Assembly: GCA_963666285.1 (NCBI GenBank)
Contig: OY762711.1
Strand: one strand, 5' to 3'
Source: Sedimentisphaerales bacterium
GTDB taxonomy: Bacteria; Planctomycetota; Phycisphaerae; Sedimentisphaerales; SM23-30
Length of the DNA: 64,000 nt
Numbering within the stretch: position 1 is the first letter of the stretch; the number at the start of each line of letters is the position of its first letter. The position numbers and the translations under genes were made by a program. Below the pieces are notes generated by a model. That model was not told where the DNA came from. It worked only from the letters and a program-made list of their open reading frames with translations, and did no database searches. Positions 31,015 to 40,714 of the stretch are shown here, piece by piece.

Positions 31015-32400
31015 ATGGCTAAAAAAACTGGCAAAAAAGCAAACTATATCATCTTTGGAAACCAAGAAGTTAAAACTGTTTTCGATGGAAAAGAAATTGG
31101 AGTAAGCCTTGATAGAACCACTCAATCTCACTATACAATGCTTCCGCAAAAATCAGGAAGAACCAAACGAAAATGGTTAGGAAAGCATACAGGTAAAGCC
31201 GTTGCAAGTTTCTGGGCTTTAGTAGAAGAGCTCAATAACAAACAAACACCTACAACAACCATAATCGCTCAACAAGAAGACATATCCCCCCTGTATGAAC
31301 CAACGGATAAAATGTCTATGGATGAAGTTGTCAGGTCCAATCAAATTAAGTTAAGAAAGACTGGCAAAGTAATACTTACAACAAAGGAGTCAGAGCATAT
31401 ACAATGGCTATTCAAGGAACTCCAAAATCCCAAGGAATTGGCTCGTAAAACTGGCATCGAAGAGTTTACAGAGTTTGGAAAACTATTAGCCAAAGATACC
31501 AACATACCTCTTAAAGACCTTCTTAAAAACTATCTTAATAAAAAGAAAACCGTTTCAAAAACAACCAGACAACAAAGCAAAACATTTTTTAATAATTTCA
31601 TTAAAGCTATTGACTGCAAGTATGTCGATGAAATCACCCTGAAAGACATACACAACTATGAAGACTATATATACTCAAAAGGATTAGCCGCGAAAAGCAT
31701 CATTAACCAAATATGCACTATATCTACTATCATAAATTACAACACAGGAAGATATCACTGCCCTCATCTATTACAAGTGCATAGTTGGCTCCAGAAAGGA
31801 ATAGACAAACCTACGGAAGATAAACTTTACAATCCAAAATTGATTTCAGTTGTTGATTTTATGGCTTTATACGAAGTGGCTCCATTCAAATGGAAGCTGT
31901 TTCTATTACTTGGTCTGAATTGTGCAATGTATCCAATTGACATTTCCAACTTTCAACTAAAACACCTCAATATCGAAGATGGAACGGTTGCATTTAGACG
32001 GGGTAAAACAGGTAAAGTATTAGCCGTTTCTACCTTATGGACAATTACAAAAAAACTTTTAAAACAATACCTGAAAGACAAAAAAGATAAAAGCCCGTAT
32101 GTATTTATTTCAAGACTTGGAATACCACATAGCCCCAAAGGTATAACTACTGCATTTGACAAGACTATTAGAAAAAACGCCAAAGTTTCAAAGGATGTTA
32201 AGTTCAACCACCTACGAGACACATTTGCTACTTTGGCACAAGATGCAGGCTTTTCTATCGAACAAATCAACCTCGTGTTAGGACACAAAAACAAAGGAAT
32301 GAACGACCGATACGCTGCTCGCCAAGCAAAACAACTAACAAGTAAAATATGCAATTCAGTAGAAGATGAGTTCTTTTCTTCAAACAAAATAAAAAAATAA
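31015..32400 (+). CDS. Tyrosine recombinase/integrase
   Basis: KFNHLRDTFAT (HxxR), LGH, DRY catalytic Tyr; next to the att site. Confidence 0.9.
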   Translation: MAKKTGKKANYIIFGNQEVKTVFDGKEIGVSLDRTTQSHYTMLPQKSGRTKRKWLGKHTGKAVASFWALVEELNNKQTPTTTIIAQQEDISPLYEPTDKMSMDEVVRSNQIKLRKTGKVILTTKESEHIQWLFKELQNPKELARKTGIEEFTEFGKLLAKDTNIPLKDLLKNYLNKKKTVSKTTRQQSKTFFNNFIKAIDCKYVDEITLKDIHNYEDYIYSKGLAAKSIINQICTISTIINYNTGRYHCPHLLQVHSWLQKGIDKPTEDKLYNPKLISVVDFMALYEVAPFKWKLFLLLGLNCAMYPIDISNFQLKHLNIEDGTVAFRRGKTGKVLAVSTLWTITKKLLKQYLKDKKDKSPYVFISRLGIPHSPKGITTAFDKTIRKNAKVSKDVKFNHLRDTFATLAQDAGFSIEQINLVLGHKNKGMNDRYAARQAKQLTSKICNSVEDEFFSSNKIKK

Positions 32401-32590
32401 CCACTATATTTTAATTATTGAATAAATAATGCTGTAAGTAAAAGTCAGTTTGAGTCTGACGCAGAATTGACGCAGGGAATGACCTATATCGATTATTCTA
32501 TTACTGGTGGCAGTGATGCTCCACGTAGTGGCATAAGTTGTTTCCTGTTGTTTGATAACTACAATGTAATTTATCAATATTAAATTAAAG

Positions 32591-33151
32591 TTACTTTATG
32601 GCACATTCAATGATATAATTGGGAAAATCGTGAATTGCTTCATCTAACATCTCACCTAACTGAAATATTCTTTTCATTTTGTCGGAACTAAGTTCACTTA
32701 ATTTAATTATTGAATATCTATTTAATATATTATTAGGGCTGCTATGAGAATATTCGACCAATATTCCACAATCAATATCAGTATTTGGCAAAGTAAATAA
32801 TCTAACTTTACCGAAAGGTTTACTATTAAGTTTAACCTGATTTATACTCTCTTGTTTTGCCTTTGATGGTGCAGGTATTGTAACTTTTGTTCCTCCAGAT
32901 TCAATACTATTACCAACTTCATAATTTGAATTAGCTGGGATGAACTTCGACTCAGAACCGCCAATAATCTCACAAAAGAATAGCCGATTTTCATAAAAAC
33001 CTAAATCGTTCAATTGCTTACCTACTTCATCTTCTTCCATTCCTTTTATCAAAACCAGTTGTTTTTTTTCATTGATTTCTAATCTACTATCATTGTCAGA
33101 CATGCAACCAGATATATTAATTAAAGCAAATAATAATATAAAGAATCTCAT
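32591..33151 (-). CDS. Lipoprotein, candidate immunity protein
   Basis: Lipobox ISGC; directly downstream of the RHS-core gene. Confidence 0.55.
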   Translation of the reverse strand: MRFFILLFALINISGCMSDNDSRLEINEKKQLVLIKGMEEDEVGKQLNDLGFYENRLFFCEIIGGSESKFIPANSNYEVGNSIESGGTKVTIPAPSKAKQESINQVKLNSKPFGKVRLFTLPNTDIDCGILVEYSHSSPNNILNRYSIIKLSELSSDKMKRIFQLGEMLDEAIHDFPNYIIECAIK

Positions 33152-33179
33152 ATCGTCCTTTCATTATCATATTATGAAA

Positions 33180-34121
33180 TTAGTATTGTAAATAAGGTTT
33201 AGCATCACCCCAATCCTCATCTCCTACCCAATTTGGCGAACATTTTAAACCAAGATATTTACCATTATTATCATACATAAATTGACACCCCTCACCTTTA
33301 TTATTAATATAAAAATTGGGAGTATATGGGTGTTCACTATCTGAAAATACACCAGGACCAAACCCATGCCACGGGTCAAGCCTAAGAGAACATTCTCCCT
33401 CCGGCTCATTTATGCTTCCGACTGAAACGGTTACCCAGTTATGGATTACTGCAATTGGTTCATCAATTTGAGTTGTTCTTGAAGTCCCAGAACGGAGAGA
33501 TTTAAAGCAATTGAAATCTTTCTGTAGTGGAGCTAATGCATTATAAGTATGTGTTCTCCAGTGGTAACACATCCAACCACAATGGCTGTCACCATAAGTT
33601 TGTCCTGCCGTTGATGGTCCTGTTCCTTCAGGAACTTGTGAACGATAATACGAGTTCTCGTTTTCAGCCATTTGGTTCCACATAGCAACATAAGCCCGAG
33701 CTATCTGCATTGCCTCACTTTCACATTTTGGCTTTGTGCATCCTTCTCCGGCATTACATACACAGCTATCCTTACAAGCTGACTTTAATTTATTGTATAC
33801 ATTGCTTACTTGTGGGCTTATTTGTGGACCAATAAATTGTGGTTCATTTTGGGTAAAAGGATTATTCCACCAGCTATCAGGAATGATAGGATCTGGATTT
33901 GGAAAGACTGTAGGATTAGCATTCCCTGCAAATGATGTAAGTCCCATAGGGTCTGAATGTGAAATCGGATTTCCTTTAACATATTCATACATATTCATAC
34001 CATCAGCATATCCAATAGGGTCCTGCTGCTGAAATCTACCTGTTTTAGGGTTGTAAACACCAAATAGATAACTGTTTAAGATAACCGATATTAGAAAAAC
34101 TATAAGAATTGTATTTTTCAT
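33180..34121 (-). CDS. Signal peptide plus RHS core signature plus Cys-rich C-terminal (toxin-like) domain
   Basis: YNPKTGRFQQQDPIGYADGMNMYEYVKGNPISHSDPMGL. Confidence 0.85.
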   Translation of the reverse strand: MKNTILIVFLISVILNSYLFGVYNPKTGRFQQQDPIGYADGMNMYEYVKGNPISHSDPMGLTSFAGNANPTVFPNPDPIIPDSWWNNPFTQNEPQFIGPQISPQVSNVYNKLKSACKDSCVCNAGEGCTKPKCESEAMQIARAYVAMWNQMAENENSYYRSQVPEGTGPSTAGQTYGDSHCGWMCYHWRTHTYNALAPLQKDFNCFKSLRSGTSRTTQIDEPIAVIHNWVTVSVGSINEPEGECSLRLDPWHGFGPGVFSDSEHPYTPNFYINNKGEGCQFMYDNNGKYLGLKCSPNWVGDEDWGDAKPYLQY

Positions 34122-34150
34122 AACATACCTCTCAAAATCATAATGTATAA

Positions 34151-35131
34151 CTATTTTCGTAATTCTGGCTTGTATTTAAATATTTCTTCACGTGCAATAA
34201 CAAATATACATTTTTGTCTATTTAGAGTTGGCATTAGATTGTTGGCATAAGCAAACATTATTTGTGCTTCGTTTTTATTACCAGTATCCGCCAAAAGGTG
34301 TCCACGAGTCTCCAGGAACAAGGCTAATTCATCCTTGGGGGTTAGAGATTTCAAGTAATGATTATCTTTTATTTCTGCCTCAGATACTCTTGCTGGAAAT
34401 GATTTATAATAGCTATCAGGGTGACTATCACACCCACCTCGGCAACAAGCTTCAAAGTTGATAACTTCTTTTCCATCGTCCCAACGAAAGAATACGTGTT
34501 CTCTGGTAGTAACAAGTTTCAAAGGATAGCCAAGTCTTCGACCAACAGCCACGCAGGTTATTGGGATAGATACACAGCCACCTTCTTTTTTACCTGTTAG
34601 GCAACCGTGAATAAAGTGGTCCTTTGAGTCAAGAAAGTCTCGACTTTTCATTATGTCCAGATTGTAATTAACACCGATAGTATTCTTTAAGAATAATATC
34701 ATATTAACAATTTTATATAAAATGACTGAATTATCATACTTAGCCGAATATTGTGAGAAGTATGGAAGCCTTTTTTCCATATCAATTCTGGCTTGTTCTG
34801 CCCAATCATCAAGGATACTCATACATTGATCTATGTTAAGATTCTCTGAACCTTGCAGACCTTGAGCACAAATCAGATTAACTTTGGCTATGTCAATATT
34901 AGCCAATTGGTCTTCTGAGAGTAAAATAAGGTCAGAAACAGAAGATGGGTTCTTTATTGATGAATTATCTTCATTGGGCTGATTATCTGAAGCAATGGAA
35001 ATAGCATATAAAGCTGTTGCAAATCCAGCAGTTACGATAAAAGCTATCAATAATCTTGAAAATGTTTCCTTCTGACCAGCATTTTCAGTTGGATTTTCTT
35101 TTTGTTTATTTTTATTCCCAGTAGGTTTCAT
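34151..35131 (-). CDS. SirB1/transglutaminase-like protein with TM anchor
   Basis: FIHGCL..K.GGCVSIP...AVGRRLGYPL...EHVFFRW. Confidence 0.75.
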   Translation of the reverse strand: MKPTGNKNKQKENPTENAGQKETFSRLLIAFIVTAGFATALYAISIASDNQPNEDNSSIKNPSSVSDLILLSEDQLANIDIAKVNLICAQGLQGSENLNIDQCMSILDDWAEQARIDMEKRLPYFSQYSAKYDNSVILYKIVNMILFLKNTIGVNYNLDIMKSRDFLDSKDHFIHGCLTGKKEGGCVSIPITCVAVGRRLGYPLKLVTTREHVFFRWDDGKEVINFEACCRGGCDSHPDSYYKSFPARVSEAEIKDNHYLKSLTPKDELALFLETRGHLLADTGNKNEAQIMFAYANNLMPTLNRQKCIFVIAREEIFKYKPELRK

Positions 35132-35906
35132 CTAAATACTATAAAAATCTCAATTACCTATGCTTATTATTGTATTTCAAAAAAACGCTATAAAAACAGG
35201 AAAATAAAAGAATTAGGAAAGGTTCTTTCCCTAATATTGCAATCCCTATTTTCATAAAGCAATACTAGTTTATCCCTATATAGATGTCAATATATTTCAC
35301 CACTTTTTTCAGGTAAAATCAGGATAATTTGCCTATTTTAGACAAAGCTTAACCTGTTCTGCTATTTTTATTATTTTCCAGTCTCCCAGTGGCCCAGTCG
35401 AACAAGTCGAAATTGAGCCTCTCTATTGTGGTTGGATACCTTATGCCTGATAAACAGGGTATGGGGTATAGGGGGAGCCAGAATAACTTTTTTCTAAGTC
35501 ACAATTATTTTATTTTTTTCAGTTTCAAAACTATCTTACTCAAGAAAAATCCATCGATACCTACCCAAATCAGAATAAATATTTTTCTGAAAATGATAAT
35601 AATAATATTTATTATTTTTCAAAACATAGATTTAAAGGTTTTTAAAGGTTTTAGAGCCAATATGCCCTTATATGGGCAATAACGGGCTTTTATGTCCTGA
35701 AAAATTATATCTGCCATATGTCTTGGGCAGTTATGCCCAAAATTGCCATAGTGAAATGGCATCTATGGCATATATTGCCACAGGGAAAACAGGTGCCCAA
35801 TCCAACCTATAGAGGATAAGGTCAGATTATGCCCATTATTGGGCTATAAATGAGGCTATTTATAATTGAATAGGTGCCCTGATGGACTGTAGTTGGAATA
35901 GGCACC

Positions 35907-36500
35907 TTAGGCAGATAGTTGCTTGGTCTGTTTCAGGGCAGTATAGACGGTCTGCCTGGAGCAATTCAAGTGACGGGCTATGCCACTGACTGACATACCT
36001 TGGCTCTTGAGGGATATAATCTCATCATAATTGTATTGTGGCACAGAGCCACCAAGTAGGACACCTTTTTGCCTTGCCCTTTGAAGACCACGGACGATGT
36101 TCTCCCTGATATTCTGCCGTTCCATTTCGGCAATACCTAATAAGAGGCTCATTATCATCCTGCCCACTGCCCCTGACAGGTCAAAGTTTTGGGCAATAGC
36201 AATGACCCTGATGTCCTGTTCGAGCCAATCGACCAACAGGTTGATACCGTCCTTGAGACTACGGGACAAACGGTCCAATTTCCATACGACTACAGTATCG
36301 ACCCTGCCCCTGAATATATCATTTTGAAGTTTTTTCAATGATGGACGGTCGAGATTACTACCTGTCTGCCTGTCTTCATAGACCTTGTAATTGGTTATGC
36401 CGTGGTTACGGCAATACTCAAGAATAGAAGCCTCCTGACTGTCCAAACCTGAACCTTGTTTTAGTGTGCTGACCCTGACATATATGGCTGTATATTTCAT
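35907..36500 (-). CDS. Small serine recombinase (resolvase/invertase)
   Basis: YVRVST, DRPSL, VWKLDRLSRS, C-terminal HTH. Confidence 0.95.
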   Translation of the reverse strand: MKYTAIYVRVSTLKQGSGLDSQEASILEYCRNHGITNYKVYEDRQTGSNLDRPSLKKLQNDIFRGRVDTVVVWKLDRLSRSLKDGINLLVDWLEQDIRVIAIAQNFDLSGAVGRMIMSLLLGIAEMERQNIRENIVRGLQRARQKGVLLGGSVPQYNYDEIISLKSQGMSVSGIARHLNCSRQTVYTALKQTKQLSA

Positions 36501-36772
36501 TCAGTTGGCTCCTTCCTGCCTGATGACTCTATGCAATATTCTATGTGGCTCTGAATTATACTTGGCATCTGATACCAATTTATAACTTGTTCATTATTGA
36601 ATGAGCCTTGTTCAAAGTCGGCATCATCAATGCCGAAATACTGTCCCCAATGACTGAAACCATTTGGACAGTCAGGATTGCTACTCAATAATAAACAGGT
36701 TCCATCATAGAAATAAATGGTATATCTATCTTGAACATTATTTTTTGATTTGGTTATTGCTCTGATAATCAT
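36497..36772 (-). CDS. Hypothetical protein
   Basis: 91-aa ORF overlapping the resolvase start. Confidence 0.6.
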   Translation of the reverse strand: MIIRAITKSKNNVQDRYTIYFYDGTCLLLSSNPDCPNGFSHWGQYFGIDDADFEQGSFNNEQVINWYQMPSIIQSHIEYCIESSGRKEPTE

Positions 36773-36784
36773 TGATAATTCTTT

Positions 36785-37543
36785 CTAAAATGGTATTTCA
36801 TCATTATATATGTTGTTATTGTGTTCTTCTATCCTGATTGCCTTTTTGACAAGGCTTGTGGTCAGGTTATTTGTTTGTTCTGATTTGAGTATTGTCAGAC
36901 AGGTTTTAACTGTTTGAATGACACTCCTGATGCCTGTTTTATCTGAAATTATATGGCTTACTATGTTTTGCTTATATTCTATTCCGCAGAAATTTAAATA
37001 TTGCCTGACAACCTTGTCATAATAGTCTTGTGAGTGAGGCTTCAGGTAGATTGTATTATTAGTTGCTTTGGCAATTGGCTCTGATACGTGATTGATATGG
37101 TATGCTGTTAAAATTATTATACCATTGCAATGAATGATAGTTGGCTCTCTGCCCCTGAAGAAATGTGGGCAGGCTCCAAGGGACAGATACTTCCAAAGGT
37201 TTGCCTCACCAATCTTTTTGTTACGGTCCAAATCTTCGATGATGTGTGCCGTATATGGCATACTATAGTCAAAGAAATTAAACGATTGAGTCCCACATTC
37301 AAGGTGGTGATACTTACATATCCTGATGTCAGTTGAGTTGATGCTATTGGCAAAGCATTGAGCTACAAAATCTTTACCGGCGCCGATTAGTAGTAGGGAA
37401 GGCAACCTATCGGTAGAGCCATTGTTAATGGCATTGGCTATACTTTTAAGTTGCTCTATCCCTATACAATCAGTTTGTGGCAGAGTCCAAAGATTGCTAT
37501 GTGCCATATACAGGCTATGGTCTTTGTTTATTTGTTCTGCCAT
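36785..37543 (-). CDS. Degenerate RuvB-like AAA+ protein
   Basis: PQT.CIG.E...LPSLLLIGAGK..VAQ.FAN resembles the RuvB N-terminus with a shortened Walker A. Confidence 0.5.
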   Translation of the reverse strand: MAEQINKDHSLYMAHSNLWTLPQTDCIGIEQLKSIANAINNGSTDRLPSLLLIGAGKDFVAQCFANSINSTDIRICKYHHLECGTQSFNFFDYSMPYTAHIIEDLDRNKKIGEANLWKYLSLGACPHFFRGREPTIIHCNGIIILTAYHINHVSEPIAKATNNTIYLKPHSQDYYDKVVRQYLNFCGIEYKQNIVSHIISDKTGIRSVIQTVKTCLTILKSEQTNNLTTSLVKKAIRIEEHNNNIYNDEIPF

Positions 37544-37713
37544 ATAGACTTGTTAAACCTCAAAGGCTGCCGTGATTTTGGCATCAGGATGCCTCATCTT
37601 AATTATTTGCCGTGCCTTGTGTATGCTATCAGCACATACAACTTCCTGAAACGGCTTGCCATCTACAATATAATGCACTTCAAAACTTTTCATTTTAATT
37701 ACATCTCCAAAAA

Positions 37714-37911
37714 TTATGCTGTTAATTTTATAACTGAATTACCTTGGATCCTTGGCAACTTATACTCTTGATAATAGTTATATAAGGCTATGGCATATAA
37801 TGACTCTTGCTCTTGACTATTTAAATTCTTGGCAAGGTTGCCATTGAATATGGCATTATTATCTTTATTTATTTGTCTTTCATACCATTGAATTGTCTTT
37901 GTTTTCGCCAT
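37714..37911 (-). CDS. Small hypothetical protein
   Basis: GAGG RBS, 65 aa, same orientation as neighbours. Confidence 0.4.
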   Translation of the reverse strand: MAKTKTIQWYERQINKDNNAIFNGNLAKNLNSQEQESLYAIALYNYYQEYKLPRIQGNSVIKLTA

Positions 37912-38030
37912 TTTTGAGCCTCATTTTATTGTGTTTTTATCTTCGCCTGAAAAAATGTTCTACTCTGGTTAATAGCAATAAAAAAGACAGTTGACTAAAT
38001 GAAGAACTAACTGCCTCGGAGATGTATATG

Positions 38031-38552
38031 CTACTGATTAAAGACATTCAATATCTTTACCTTGGCACGATAATGCCGTTTTTTAACAGCATCTATTGAT
38101 ATGTTCAACTCTGTTGCTATTTCTTTGTAATTCATCCCTGACCGATGAGAAACAAACGCCATGTGTTCCTTGGATGTCAGATTTGCCTTCATAATAATTT
38201 CAACTACTTCAGCCATACAGATATCGAAGCAAAAATGTTTATCAGATTTTTCAGTCATTTCTTTTAAATAAACAGATTGTTTAATTTGACCATCTAACCA
38301 TTCACTTAGAATATCTTTCAACTTGTTGTTGAGCACTTTGTATGAGTAGGATTGTGGGTATTCGACCTTCTTACCTTGCTTGAAATTACGTTCAACTACA
38401 GACAGAAACCTGACCTTCAGTTCAGACTTTATATCATTTTTATCTGTATCTGTTAAATAATATTTTTGGATACTGTCATAAAACTGATTTGATATGAAAC
38501 TCTTGTAATAACCATAATACTTTAAATATTCCCACTTCAATTTATCACTCAA
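38031..38552 (-). CDS. Sigma70 region-4/ECF-like regulator
   Basis: GMNYKEIATELNISIDAVKKRHYRAK HTH. Confidence 0.75.
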   Translation of the reverse strand: MSDKLKWEYLKYYGYYKSFISNQFYDSIQKYYLTDTDKNDIKSELKVRFLSVVERNFKQGKKVEYPQSYSYKVLNNKLKDILSEWLDGQIKQSVYLKEMTEKSDKHFCFDICMAEVVEIIMKANLTSKEHMAFVSHRSGMNYKEIATELNISIDAVKKRHYRAKVKILNVFNQ

Positions 38553-39548
38553 TTTACATCAACTCCACACCTGAAATCTGTTGCTATTCAGGTTCCATAC
38601 TAACCATTGTTACAGTGTAAGTATAACAAAATGTTTTTCACTTTTCAACGAAAATCGCCTATTTTAACATTTTCGGGAAAGATAATACCTGTGACCTGTG
38701 GATCCTGTCAAGCCTTGTTAGGCTAATTGAAATGAATTATCATTGTATATAAACATTGAAAGAAAAAATAAAAGATAAGGTATGCTATCGCCGCTGTCGA
38801 AGACAGTGGGGGTCAATTTTCGATTTGCTTTAGCAAATTGAAAGTTGCAGTTAAGTCAGTAGCCTTGTTATCTACCTATTTTCATTTTTTCACAGAAGAA
38901 GAATATTAGGTATGTCAGTTATTCCTGTTATACCTGTAAAGTCTAAATGGCAGGCATTTAGACCACACCACACTTCGTGTCGTGTGTTATTTTTATTGTT
39001 TTTTTAATCTTTTCAGGTTTTCAGTCCCTAAGGTTCCTTAGTAACTATCAATAGTTATTATATATAGACCCCAAAAGGGTCAAAATCGGGACATATAATT
39101 TTAATTATTTCTGAAAAATATTTGATTGTTGATAGTGATGGGCAAGTGTGGCAGAATGCCACACAGCCCTTGGTCTCTTATAGGGACAGGTTTAAATTCT
39201 CTTCATATTGAGCCAGGACTGTCTGTATCCCCAGAGGGCGCATAGCACCTGTAAAAGAAATAGGATTATCCGGGAGCAATCTCGTGGCTCCGGTGGTAAG
39301 TTGAAAGATAGAGCCAACACTTGCAATGTAAAATTGCTTTACATCACCTACAATAATAAGGCTCAACATAGTAAAAAGCCTCATAAACTTTCCTTGTATA
39401 AAGAAGATAGATAGGCTATCATTATTGAAATAATAAATGCAATGTCTATGAGGATAATTGATTAAAAACATTAGCACATTCACATAGCACATTGCCAAAT
39501 ATTGAAAATATAACTTTTTATTTAATAAATAGTTATAAAATGTCGGAT

Positions 39549-39580
39549 TGGGTTCGATTCCCATTCGCCTCCGCCATTTT
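39549..39580 (+). repeat. attR: duplicated 3' end of tRNA-Sec
   Basis: Exact copy of 30863-30894. Confidence 0.95.
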
Positions 39581-39605
39581 TTAATTTGGAAACCGTAAAT
39601 AAAAA

Positions 39606-39869
39606 ATGAACAAGAAATTAAGACAAATAATAACTTCAATCCTGCTTGTTATTGGTCTGGCATTGCTGGTATATGGACAATTTGTAAAATCCTATACCGT
39701 TCTTAGTAAAGAAGGCGATGCGACTTCTGCCGATCCTGAAACAATGATAGTCAAGGATGTCACCATCCATGGTGTTGACCGTAACGCGGAAGGCGAGTTA
39801 TTTAGAACTTACTCGACTAAGGAAGGAGCAGCTCCGCCCCCGGATGACTGCCCTACCTGAGGCAGCTAA
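39606..39869 (+). CDS. Small membrane protein, probable C-terminal CxxU selenoprotein (…DDCPT-U-GS*)
   Basis: TGC CCT ACC TGA GGC AGC TAA; N-terminal TM; sits in the sel locus. Confidence 0.65.
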
Positions 39870-39881
39870 CAGGAGGCTGTG

Positions 39882-40709
39882 GTGTCCATGGCTAAAGAAA
39901 GCAAGCTACACAACTTTGCTCTAAAACTTATCCCTCACCGACTTTGGGTCCAAACAGCATTTCTGCTGGTCTGGCTCGACCCGCTGGCATTGCGTATGCA
40001 CACAGCCTGTGCACCTGTGTTCCATTGTTATGCATGTCCGCTGGCAACTTTTGCCTGCCCGGTTGGCGTTATTGCACAATTTACCGCATTACACCTTTTC
40101 CCTTTCCTTGCTATAGGTCTGATACTTAGCCTGGGCGCCTTGCTCGGCTCGATTATCTGCGGATGGATGTGCCCGTTTGGTTTACTGCAGGATCTGGCGG
40201 CAAAAATTCCAATACCACGTTTCAAAATCCCGCAATGGATGGGCTATGGTCGATATATCGTATTGCTGGGTACAGTCATTCTTATCCCTTATATATGGGG
40301 AAGCGAACATAGTCTTTTTATATGTAGAGTATGCCCAATCGGAGCAATAGAAGGTGCAGGTCCTGATATTGTAACAGCTGCTGCAAATGGTTCAGAAATT
40401 GTATGGCCAAACGCCTTAAAGATGACAATTACAATCGTAGTAGTAGTCGCCATGTTTGTTTCGATAAGGCCCTGGTGCCGCGTATTATGCCCGTTGGGAG
40501 CAATATTTGGATTTATGAATCGATTCTCACTGTTCTCAATGAACCTGAAAGAGTCAAACTGCACTCAATGCGGCCACTGTCATACACTATGCACCTACGG
40601 TGTTGAGCCGGAAAAAGACTCCAACAGCGACAATTGCATACGATGTCTGGAATGTACCAAATGCAAGCCGGGAGCTCTTCAATCAGGTCACATTTTTGAG
40701 AAAGAATAG
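39882..40709 (+). CDS. Membrane 4Fe-4S binding protein (NapH/MauN/Fer4_5-like)
   Basis: CYACPLATFACP, CGWMCPFG, CRVCP, WCRVLCP, two ferredoxin-type CxxCxxC motifs. Confidence 0.9.
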   Translation: MSMAKESKLHNFALKLIPHRLWVQTAFLLVWLDPLALRMHTACAPVFHCYACPLATFACPVGVIAQFTALHLFPFLAIGLILSLGALLGSIICGWMCPFGLLQDLAAKIPIPRFKIPQWMGYGRYIVLLGTVILIPYIWGSEHSLFICRVCPIGAIEGAGPDIVTAAANGSEIVWPNALKMTITIVVVVAMFVSIRPWCRVLCPLGAIFGFMNRFSLFSMNLKESNCTQCGHCHTLCTYGVEPEKDSNSDNCIRCLECTKCKPGALQSGHIFEKE

Positions 40710-40714
40710 ATCTC

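Larger units (their letters stand above)
30863..39580. mobile_element. Integrative genomic island (about 8.7 kb) inserted in the selC 3' end
   Basis: 32-bp direct repeat TGGGTTCGATTCCCATTCGCCTCCGCCATTTT at 30863-30894 and 39549-39580; integrase adjacent; AT-rich cargo. Confidence 0.93.

Noticed and set aside
39178..39639. 153-aa minus-strand ORF and a possible second tRNA at about 39550
   Set aside because: The ORF crosses attR and includes antisense-tRNA text (RRRMGIEP); only the 3' 28 nt of the tRNA are duplicated
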